From an uncultured archaeon (lineage in GTDB: Archaea > Thermoplasmatota > Penumbrarchaeia > JASLWR01): a stretch of 64,000 nt of DNA. Position 1 is the first letter of the stretch; every line of letters begins with the position of its first letter. The notes below the pieces were generated by a model, which made no database searches, was not told where the DNA came from, and saw only the letters and a list, made by a program, of their open reading frames with translations. Positions 20,823 through 30,300 of the stretch are shown piece by piece. Where the stretch lies: NCBI GenBank assembly GCA_964342815.1, contig CAYFHS010000013.1:52710-116709 (forward strand), written 5' to 3'. The position numbers and the translations under genes were made by a program.

Positions 20823-23783
20823 CTATCTTACCGCTCTCTTAACCACTTTGCGCCGAACGGCAGTAGCAGTTTTCACCGGAGGTAGCAATTCAAGGGTTTG
20901 GTCGTAAACATAATCCTGGCAGGGCCCACACCAATAACAATCATACTCTTGATAGTATTCCGAGGATTTGCCGCATTTGGGGCAAGCAGGTTTTCTCGGT
21001 ACACTGCCGTAAATATCGTCCGAGATAACTTCTTCCGATCGCGAAGGTTCCGGTGAAGAACCATACAGATTTGCGTATTCGTCCTGCTGCTTTTGTTCAG
21101 GTGATATGCGGCCCATGTCGTCCCCTTCATCAGAATCTTTCCCCCTGAAAACGATCACTAATACCAGTCCCCCCACCCCCAGAATGAGAATTACGACAAC
21201 TATTATCACCACAACCCATGGGAATCCACTCCCGGAAGCTGGATTTTGGCCTTGTCCGCCGTTGTCCGGGACCGCACCATCATCAACATCATCATCATCG
21301 TCAGTGGGTTTGTTGGGATTGTCAGCCTCATTAGGATCGAATCCAGCGTCGAATTCCGCGAGATTGGTCATTCCGTCTCCGTCGGCATCGTCGTCGGCAT
21401 CGAATTTGGATTTCGGATCCAATCCCATCTGTATTTCCCAGCCGTCAGGCATCCCGTCGCCATCCGTATCTTTCAATGTTGGGTTGGTGTCTTTTATAAA
21501 TTCCTCAAGGTTGGTGAGATTGTCCCCATCCGTATCCTCTTCAGCATCAGAGGCTTTAGTGGGATCGAGTGCGTATTTCACCTCCCACCAGTCCTCTATC
21601 TGATCCCCATCCGTATCTTTGTTGAATGGGTCGGTGTTGACCAGATATTCATCATGGTTCGTCAGCTTGTCCGAATCATTATCCATGCTGCCGTCATAGT
21701 AGTTATTGGGGTCCAGATTATATTCGACCTCCCAACCATCGGGGATACCGTCCTTGTCGATATCGGGGTCCGTGGGATCGGTTCCCTCATCATATTCTTC
21801 CCTGTTGGTGAGACCGTCATCATCTCCATCAACGGTTCCATCCACCTCATCCGTGGGATCGAGCCCGAACTCCACTTCCCAACCATCGGGGAGACCATCA
21901 CCATCCGTATCACTGTCGTGCGGGTCCGTATCAACCGTGTATTCTTCCAGGTTGCTGAGTCCGTCCACATCGGGATCAAGCTCTTCGTCCTCGAAATCCA
22001 TCGGTAATAGATTATTAGCCACTTCCCAACCATCCGGCATCCCATCGTGATCGCTGTCAGGAGTATCGGAATACGTTCCATGAAGGAACTCGTCGATGTT
22101 CGTAAGATTGTCCCCGTCCGGGTCGAGAGTCGAATCCTGGCCATCCAGGGGAGCAAGGCCCATCTCAACTTCCCAACCATCATCCATACCATCCCCGTCA
22201 CTGTCTGCATTTTTAGGGTCCGTACTGTGCTGATATTCCTCGAAGTTTTTCAAACCATCGTCATCGGGATCCATGTTCCGATCGTTCTCCGATGTCTCAT
22301 CCAGATTATGTTCGTCCTCCCACCAATCGGGCATGCCATCCTCATCCGTGTCCTCGTAAATCCCATTAGCAAGTTCGAAGGTCTTTGGAGAGGTTACTGT
22401 GCTCTCCTGCCCCATGGAATCCCGAGCGGTTATCCTTACTTTATAGGAATCATCGTCAACCATCCGAGTGGTATCCCATGTGAAACCACCTGTGTTATCG
22501 AGATTGGAATAAATGATTGAATAATCTAGTTCATCCCTTGTATATTCGAGTTTTATGGTCAGATCAGCATCGTCATCCAGCTCATCTGTGGCGGTCCAGG
22601 TAATGGTCTGATTCCCGCTCCAGACCTCGTCCCCCAAAGGACTGGTCAAGACGACAACCGGAGGTAGATCGTTATCTATCTCGAAGGAGTCGGTCATGGT
22701 GAATGTCCCCTTCTTGCCCCCATCATCTTCCACTGTGGCTCTCAGAGTATATCCCACCGCATCCACCACCGCAGTGGTATCCCACACATAGCTGCCTGTG
22801 TTCTCGAGATTTGAGGCAATGGGCGTCCATCCGCCGCTGCGGCCATACTCAAGTGAGACAGTAAGAATGTTATCAACATCAACATCCGAAGCGCTCCACT
22901 GTATCGGAAGATCCCCGGCCACCACCTCGCCTCCGGTAGGATTATCTATTGTGATGACGGGAGCGGCGTTCAAACCAAAGAAATGGACCTTGGATTGCAG
23001 CACCTCCTTTGTGGTATCGGATTGTACGAAAACCACGGCGGTCATTTCCTCTTCTTTCCAGCTCCCTCCAATGTTGAAGTTCTTCGATATATCGGCGGTA
23101 TCCCCCTGATTTGAAAGGGAGACCGACACTCCGTTTGCGTTATCCACCATATCCCGGACCGTGAATCGATGATTTGTTTCCCCGTTCGGAGCATTATATG
23201 AGATATTGCTCTCAAGTATCAATATCCTGGCCCTGAGGTTCGAAGCGGATATGGTGTCCAGGGCTTCAATATGAACGTCTATGGATCCCGTCCCGGTTCC
23301 CAGCGATCCGGTAACGTCGATCTTCAATTTACTGGGAATAGCCAACCTGGCGTCCACCTCGGTTTTCAGATCCGTATAATAACTTGTTTGAAAATTGACC
23401 TTCTCACCATCGCAATATACACAGGGAACCGAATTAACCCCGTAATAACTTCTCCTGGCATCGTTCTCGGCTGAATTCGCCGTGTAGAAAGGATCATTTC
23501 CCGCTGGCCAGCTTACGTGATAGCGAACGAGGGAAACCTTTTCTTCCCCATACTCATCCGCTATTCTATCGAAACTGGGATTCGCACCTGCGCAGGGACC
23601 GCATCCCGTATTCGTAAAATCTTCCAGAAGAACAACGCGCTGGGTATTTCCCCTCTCACTTCTCGTATCCGGTTGTTCAGCTGAACCTCCCTCATCAATG
23701 GCTGAAATCGAACCAAATGACGAGAGAAGCATTATTAATCCCAAAATCATTATCAAATAGCGCTTTGGCATCATTTCTATCAC
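20823..23783 (-). CDS. Tandem paralogue: canonical-order thioredoxin/Omp28-like domain (CGPC), two Ig-like domains, DxDxDG repeats, TM, Zn-ribbon tail
   Basis: 986-aa ORF; VLLEDFTNTGCGPC; Ig, repeat, TM and tail regions collinear with 17456-20473. Confidence 0.88.
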   Translation of the reverse strand: MIEMMPKRYLIMILGLIMLLSSFGSISAIDEGGSAEQPDTRSERGNTQRVVLLEDFTNTGCGPCAGANPSFDRIADEYGEEKVSLVRYHVSWPAGNDPFYTANSAENDARRSYYGVNSVPCVYCDGEKVNFQTSYYTDLKTEVDARLAIPSKLKIDVTGSLGTGTGSIDVHIEALDTISASNLRARILILESNISYNAPNGETNHRFTVRDMVDNANGVSVSLSNQGDTADISKNFNIGGSWKEEEMTAVVFVQSDTTKEVLQSKVHFFGLNAAPVITIDNPTGGEVVAGDLPIQWSASDVDVDNILTVSLEYGRSGGWTPIASNLENTGSYVWDTTAVVDAVGYTLRATVEDDGGKKGTFTMTDSFEIDNDLPPVVVLTSPLGDEVWSGNQTITWTATDELDDDADLTIKLEYTRDELDYSIIYSNLDNTGGFTWDTTRMVDDDSYKVRITARDSMGQESTVTSPKTFELANGIYEDTDEDGMPDWWEDEHNLDETSENDRNMDPDDDGLKNFEEYQHSTDPKNADSDGDGMDDGWEVEMGLAPLDGQDSTLDPDGDNLTNIDEFLHGTYSDTPDSDHDGMPDGWEVANNLLPMDFEDEELDPDVDGLSNLEEYTVDTDPHDSDTDGDGLPDGWEVEFGLDPTDEVDGTVDGDDDGLTNREEYDEGTDPTDPDIDKDGIPDGWEVEYNLDPNNYYDGSMDNDSDKLTNHDEYLVNTDPFNKDTDGDQIEDWWEVKYALDPTKASDAEEDTDGDNLTNLEEFIKDTNPTLKDTDGDGMPDGWEIQMGLDPKSKFDADDDADGDGMTNLAEFDAGFDPNEADNPNKPTDDDDDVDDGAVPDNGGQGQNPASGSGFPWVVVIIVVVILILGVGGLVLVIVFRGKDSDEGDDMGRISPEQKQQDEYANLYGSSPEPSRSEEVISDDIYGSVPRKPACPKCGKSSEYYQEYDCYWCGPCQDYVYDQTLELLPPVKTATAVRRKVVKRAVR

Positions 23784-24076
23784 CTTTCCAATAATTGGAA
23801 TTTATTTTATTATAATAATGTTTGAATTCCGCCGTCGATTTGACGTGGTGAATATATCATTGTTATTATTGTATTTAAACATTCATTAATTATTTAATCC
23901 CCTAATCCCCTAGCCCTATATGAAGCCTCCATTACGCCAAGTAACTTTGAAAATAATTCAAAAATATTAATAAACTTCAATAGCTTAAAGAGAAAAAGTG
24001 ACATCTATTAATTCAAAGGGTATGTCCTCAATCTCGACCATTGGTCACATGGAAATTTATGGGTGGTAATACCAAA

Positions 24077-25381
24077 ATGAAAGGAGATTACCTTTACAAG
24101 CAGGAGATGCTGCGAAAAGGAATAAAATCATGTATTATCTGGATGGTAATCATAATTGTTTTCACGGGGATCGTATACATGTTATCATTGTATCTGATGC
24201 CCGATAGCGCAAGGGGTAAGCTTAGTGAAGGGGGGGTAAGCCGGCCTTTCAGCGTACCTTTCTATAAATGCCCGGTTGAGATAGAGATAGAGATAGTGGG
24301 TCTGGCAAATGCAACATTCCATTTGACATGGGAAAACAACGAGACGGATTATCAAAAAAAATTCATAGCCAGAAACGGAACCGGTGAAACAAGAACTTTT
24401 TCCTATGAAGGAGAACTTGAACGGGGAAATTACATTCTTCTGGTGAAACCCGTGAATTCCAAAGACCCGAACCTAACGGAAACTAAAGTAGATTTCGGGA
24501 AGATCAATGTGTATATCCTAGAACCCCTGATGCTTTACATCTTCATAGGTGCCGGGATCATAGAAGGACTTCTTGCAATATGGCTCGTATCGATAATAAT
24601 ACGACGCAGGAATGTGGTCAAGGAGATGATCAAAGCAAATACCGGGAAAAAGAGCGGGGATGATTATTTTTCGAGGCTCAACGAAGACCGGAGTGCTTCC
24701 AAGCATACTGAATACGATGAGCTCTTTCCCAAGGACGACGGTATGACATCATTCGAAAAATCCAAAAGTAAGCAGTATACAAATGATGCGTCGGGACTCT
24801 ATGCAAATGATTATGAGATGCGAAAACAGAGGAAATCATCTCCAAGAGGGGGAGCTCGCTCAATGCGAGACCGGGAATTTGAACGTGAAATAGGGCATTC
24901 TTCAGCAGAAACCAGATCAGAGAGAGGGACGCATAGAAGGTCGGGCGAATCCAGACATTCCCATGGCGGCTGGGAGCGGAGCGATGACGGAAGTGCAGGA
25001 AGAAGAGGAGTAGGTGAACGGTCTCGAAAGGGATTAAGTGATAGAAGCCGAAAGGGATTGAGCGATAGAGGCCGAAGGGGAGAGGGAGATAGATCACGTA
25101 GAACGGGTAGGGAGAGGGATCGAAGTGGGCGTGAGGACAGGTCCCGAAAGAGGAGAGCTGAAAGAAGCGCTTCCTATGATATTGAATACATACCGCCATC
25201 ACCCCGAGGTTCCCCCAGGGAAGATTACCCTTCTGAAAGGTCCTTTGACCATTTCTCTGAGCACAAACCCGTAAGGAGATACGAGCGAAGAGAAAAAGAG
25301 GAGGACGGCATAGACTGGGGTGGATCGGACGAAAACGATGATTATGACGACTATGATGACTACGATGACCCGTATTATTAG
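24077..25381 (+). CDS. Two-TM membrane protein with a long R/S/D/E-rich cytoplasmic tail
   Basis: Two hydrophobic segments flanking a beta-rich domain; RKGLSDRS repeats; DDY-repeat C-terminus; ATG at 24077 preferred. Confidence 0.75.
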   Translation: MKGDYLYKQEMLRKGIKSCIIWMVIIIVFTGIVYMLSLYLMPDSARGKLSEGGVSRPFSVPFYKCPVEIEIEIVGLANATFHLTWENNETDYQKKFIARNGTGETRTFSYEGELERGNYILLVKPVNSKDPNLTETKVDFGKINVYILEPLMLYIFIGAGIIEGLLAIWLVSIIIRRRNVVKEMIKANTGKKSGDDYFSRLNEDRSASKHTEYDELFPKDDGMTSFEKSKSKQYTNDASGLYANDYEMRKQRKSSPRGGARSMRDREFEREIGHSSAETRSERGTHRRSGESRHSHGGWERSDDGSAGRRGVGERSRKGLSDRSRKGLSDRGRRGEGDRSRRTGRERDRSGREDRSRKRRAERSASYDIEYIPPSPRGSPREDYPSERSFDHFSEHKPVRRYERREKEEDGIDWGGSDENDDYDDYDDYDDPYY

Positions 25382-25451
25382 ATTATGTTCATATTAAAAA
25401 CAATTCAATTTTAAATTTATTTTTTAGGTTTTTATTGAATATGCCAAAATT

Positions 25452-27113
25452 TTGGGAATGTCGCTGATGAATAATCCAAAAGAAATCGAATACAGGTTCA
25501 AGAAAACCTTGCCAATATTATCATGGGTTATCATGATATTTCTCTTATTTGCCCTATCATCCTTAATCATAATCCCAGAGATTTTATGTGAAAGTCCCCC
25601 GGTGGTGGGGAATGACGGAGCAAGATACGCAAAGACCGTGTTTACCGGGCACGAGGAAGCCGTCACATGTGTCGAGTGGTCCCCCGACGGGACCATGATG
25701 GCGACAGGATCTTCTACGGACTATGCAGACCCGGACGGGGTATTGAAGATTTGGGATCCCGAGACCGGAGCGGAAATTGCGACGTTCTATATGGATCATA
25801 CCATAAGGGACATCTCCTGGTCCCCCGACAGCAGAAAGATCGCGGCCAGTTCCTCCACGGGATATCCTGAGCACAAGGGAATCCTGCGGATTTGGAGAGT
25901 AGCCGACGGCAGCGAGACCTTGAGCTTCACCGCCCATGAAAGGCGAATCACGGCGGTTGCCTGGTCTCCGGACGGTAAGCTGATTGCCACCGGGGCAGAG
26001 GACGACTCCACGCTGATTTGGAATTCCGGGACCGGAGAAATTATTCATAATCTATCAGGGAATCACGGAGGGATCTACGATCTTGTATGGTCTCCCGACA
26101 GCTCAAAGCTGGCATCGGGAGATGGCAATGACACGGTGTTGATTTGGAAAGTCGACACTGAAAAGATCATAGGAACATTTGCGGGTCAGAGTGTTGCTTG
26201 GTCCCCCGACGGTTTTTACCTTGCCACAGGTTCTTCTAACTCGACCTGCGATATCTGGGACGTGGGTACCCACTTGCATATATCCACATTTTCCGGGCAT
26301 CAATGGGAGGTGTCGAGTATAGATTTTTCCAGCAATGGGGAGCTTCTGGCCTCGGCGTCCTCAGAGGGAGATGTAAGGATATGGAGCCGTGATGATGCAA
26401 GAGGGATATTCGTATTCAAGGGCCATACCGGCCCGGTATCCAAGGCGGCTTGGTCTCCGGACGGGAGCCTGATCGCGTCTGCCTCCGAGGACATGACAGT
26501 GATGATATGGGACCCGGACCTGGACGGCGATGGTTCTATCAAAGATGATTTCCCCCTGAACCCCGCAGTGAGCCTCGACAGCGACCGTGACGGGTATCCG
26601 GACGAATGGAACAAGGGGAAAGGAAAAGAGGATTCCACCACCAAAAGCATCTGGATAGACAAGTTTCCCCGGGATCCCGCGGCTTCCTTGGATACCGATG
26701 ACGACGGGTATCCCGACAGGTGGAACGATGGTATGGGATACGAGGATTCGATTACTGGCCTGGCAAGGGACGCCATACCCCTCGACCCTGCAGCAAGCGT
26801 GGACGGCGACGGGGACGGGTATCCGGATGAATGGAACCCTGGCATGGGAAAGGAGGATTCCACAACCGGCCTTTATATAGATGCATTTCCGGAGGACCAT
26901 GCTGCCTCAATTGACAGTGATGGGGATGGGGCACCCGATGCATGGAATCCCCGGATGAGCGAGAGGAATTCCACAACCGGTCTGAAGCTCGACGGTGCTC
27001 CCCATGATGAGAGCCGAATTGAAGCGGTAGGGGAGTCTCCCGGTTTTGGGATATCCCTACTGGTAATGGGATTCATGGCGGTTATCGCCATAAAAATAAA
27101 GAAGTGCAAATGA
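25452..27113 (+). CDS. WD40 beta-propeller surface protein with Ca-binding repeats and a PGF-CTERM-like sorting signal
   Basis: About seven GH..V..VAWSPDG..LAS repeats; DxFPxDPAASxDxDxDGYPDxWN repeats; ends SPGF + TM + basic residues. Confidence 0.9.
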   Translation: MGMSLMNNPKEIEYRFKKTLPILSWVIMIFLLFALSSLIIIPEILCESPPVVGNDGARYAKTVFTGHEEAVTCVEWSPDGTMMATGSSTDYADPDGVLKIWDPETGAEIATFYMDHTIRDISWSPDSRKIAASSSTGYPEHKGILRIWRVADGSETLSFTAHERRITAVAWSPDGKLIATGAEDDSTLIWNSGTGEIIHNLSGNHGGIYDLVWSPDSSKLASGDGNDTVLIWKVDTEKIIGTFAGQSVAWSPDGFYLATGSSNSTCDIWDVGTHLHISTFSGHQWEVSSIDFSSNGELLASASSEGDVRIWSRDDARGIFVFKGHTGPVSKAAWSPDGSLIASASEDMTVMIWDPDLDGDGSIKDDFPLNPAVSLDSDRDGYPDEWNKGKGKEDSTTKSIWIDKFPRDPAASLDTDDDGYPDRWNDGMGYEDSITGLARDAIPLDPAASVDGDGDGYPDEWNPGMGKEDSTTGLYIDAFPEDHAASIDSDGDGAPDAWNPRMSERNSTTGLKLDGAPHDESRIEAVGESPGFGISLLVMGFMAVIAIKIKKCK

Positions 27114-27323
27114 TCTTTCTGAATCCCCGTTTATAAAATATGGTGGGAGAGCTCTTTCTATCCTGTAACCGATTGTAATAATATTTTCCGAAAATTTCTT
27201 TAAGTGAAACTATAATAGATTAGTTCGGCAGAATCGGTAAAAACGGGCCCCGATTCTGCGAACTTTGTCAATTGGTCAAACTTAGACTATCGATCAAAGT
27301 TAGCCCATTTTACAATATACTAG

Positions 27324-30300
27324 GTGAAGCGAATGAACAAGTTCGATTATATCCCTGATACTAAAATTGGAATGGTCATAACCCTCAGACGGTTCCTCAT
27401 ATGGTCCTTCCTCCTTTTAGGCCTCATGATGATCGTATACATTGCTGTGAACGCTGCAGCCGCAACTCCACCCCCGGCTGACGGAGATTGGAATGTGAAC
27501 GACATTACGGTCATCGAGAACCGGACCGTGGACCTGAACGGCAGCCTGAATGTCAATAACGGGGGCCATCTGACGCTTCGAAACGTCACCCTAACCATAA
27601 ACTGCAGCTTCAATGGAGAATACAACATCACCATAAAGAGTGGCGGCACTTTGATATGTAACGACCTGGACCTGGATAAACTATCCACAGCTGACATGAC
27701 CCTAATCCGCTCCAATGCCAGTGCCGGGAGTCACAGGTACGGTTTCAGAGCAGAGAATGGTTCTACTTTAAATATTACAGGAACAAAGATAACGAACTGT
27801 GGATGGGAGAACATTGGCGGAAACAGAGGCGTCACCGTTATGTGTAATAATACCATTATACAGGAATCTATTTTTACTGGAAATTACATGGGAATAATCT
27901 ACAACGGAAGTACCGGAGGAAGATTATCCAACTCGAACATATCGGGAAACTCATTGAACGGCGCTTATCTATTGAATGCGAGCAATACTACAATCGAAAG
28001 ATGCAACATCAGCGGCAGCAACGGTCACGGAGTGAATCTGTACCGATCTCATAATAACTACATCGAACTGAACCGGATATCGGGTTTTTTCCATAACCAG
28101 GTATTTTGGCCTTCCTATAACGGTTCCGCCGTCCTGCTGGACAACAGTGATCACAATACCGTGGATGAAAACTACGTCGATTCCCCCAGGGCAAGAGGTT
28201 TCTGGCTGAGGAGTGCAAATTACAACGAGATATCGAACAACTACCTTGAGGGGAATACTTATACGAACACCATGGTAAGCTTTGGCATCGGTTTGCTGAA
28301 TTCCAATTCCAACTCGATCCATGACAACGAACTGCATCACCATTTCATGAGTATCTATATCAATTATTTTTCCCACTACAATAGAGTGGAAAACAATCTC
28401 ATCAACTACACTATACGAGGATTGAGCCTGGGAGATCCCGTTTACGGTTTATGGGACGCTTACAGGGGAAAATGCGACTATAATTATTTCGGGAACAATA
28501 CCGTGAACGACTCGGAGTTCCATGGTTTTATCGTCATAGAAGGCTCTTCATTCAATTATATATATAACACGACATTTTCGAATGCACGGCAGAGAAGCCA
28601 AGGCGGGACCATATTCGCTTTCTTGATCGATCACGCGGATAACAACACTTTCGAGGACAATCATTTCTATAACAATTCAATTTTCTCAGTGGGAATCGGA
28701 CTTCAATCAAGTTCGGACTGCATTATAGCTAACAACACCATTGGCGCTGACGGGCTCAACCAGGAAGCGGTCAATCTTTACGGCAATTGTAATCGAAATT
28801 TAATCTATAACAATACCATCCACGATCGGGAATGGACCATATCTATAGGATCGTCGAGCAACTATAACATCATCAGGAATAACAGCGTATACAATAGCGA
28901 TTACGGAATATGGGTATGGACGGGAAGCAGCAATAATCGGATATTCGGCAACAGGGTGAACAACACAACCTCACCCGGTATATCCATTAATTACTGGTCG
29001 GGTTCGGGCGTAATGGAAAGAAACACCGCAGAGAACAACACTGTATGGGACTGCCCGGTGGGAATACACAGCGATGCCAACTCAAGGAACTTCACAATAA
29101 TTAATAATACGATATTCAACTGCACAACGGGAATTCTGATAGAAGGTAAATGGGGCCACAATATTTCCGGCGGTGAAATATACCTTTGCCACTTCGGAAT
29201 AAAACTCGACAGTACGGCCAAAAGCTCAATATTTGGTTCCTTGATCCATGATTGCCAAAACAGCGCTGTCAACATCACCCAGTGCGATAATATATCTGTT
29301 ATTAATTCGATATTCCATTCCAATGCCCTGGTAATGTTGATACGGAACAGCACTAACTTAACTGTCTTCTCGAACGATTTCCATAAGAACAAAATTAGCC
29401 TGGATCATGACGAACTGAGCGAAACAATGTTCCGGATCAACGATATACATCACCAGGATACCGGCTTGGTACTGGATGCTTCGGGAAACCTGTCCGTCGA
29501 GAACAATACTTTCCGTTCCAATTCCATCGGAGTGTCATATAAAGGTAGGAGGGGGTCGTTCAAAAATAATATCTTTTTCGGAAATACGGTTGGTATCAGC
29601 TATGAAGGAGGCCTAAGCGCTATAGCCAATAATACTTTACACAATAATACCAACGGAATATCCTTCTTGGAGGAAGGGGCTAACGTGGAATACTGCGATC
29701 TTAGGGACAATAACTATGGTCTTCATTTCTCGGCTGCTGGACGTGCCAAAATCACCCGCTGCATTATCATGAGAAACACTTTTGGTATTTACGCGGAGTA
29801 TGTCCAGGGCGTCCTTCTGGACCAATGTACCATTAGAGATAATATTGGATACGGCGTGTACTCCACAGATCTGGCAGGAGTGACCGTTAAGGATTCGCGG
29901 CTGGCATCGAACGGTGGGTGGGGGATATTCTGCATCATGGAGGGCAGGGTGGAGATCGAAGCCATGAACAATGCTTCCATAGAAAACGAAGATATTTTCA
30001 TATCTGGCTATATCACCGTCTACGACGGAGGTAGTCTATGGGTGAAGGGGTCGCACCTGCGCATTGCAGGGGCCGAAGGGCATTATTACAGCGTTGAGAT
30101 TGGATCGGGTGGTTTCCTATCATTACGAGACAGCACAGTTTCTTCAGGGAACAAGCAGCCGTATCAATTCTTCGCCCGCAGGGATAGCACTCTGGAGTTG
30201 ATAGACAGCAGCGTGACGGGATGCGGGATAAGAACGCGGAGCCAACCCAGTGATGGATGGGGGGTAAGCCTGGACAATTGCAGCGCAATCCTCGTACGGT

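Noticed and set aside
17619-22520. Many plus-strand ORFs over the DxDxDG repeat blocks
   Set aside because: Stop-poor antisense frames produced by repetitive Asp/Gly codons
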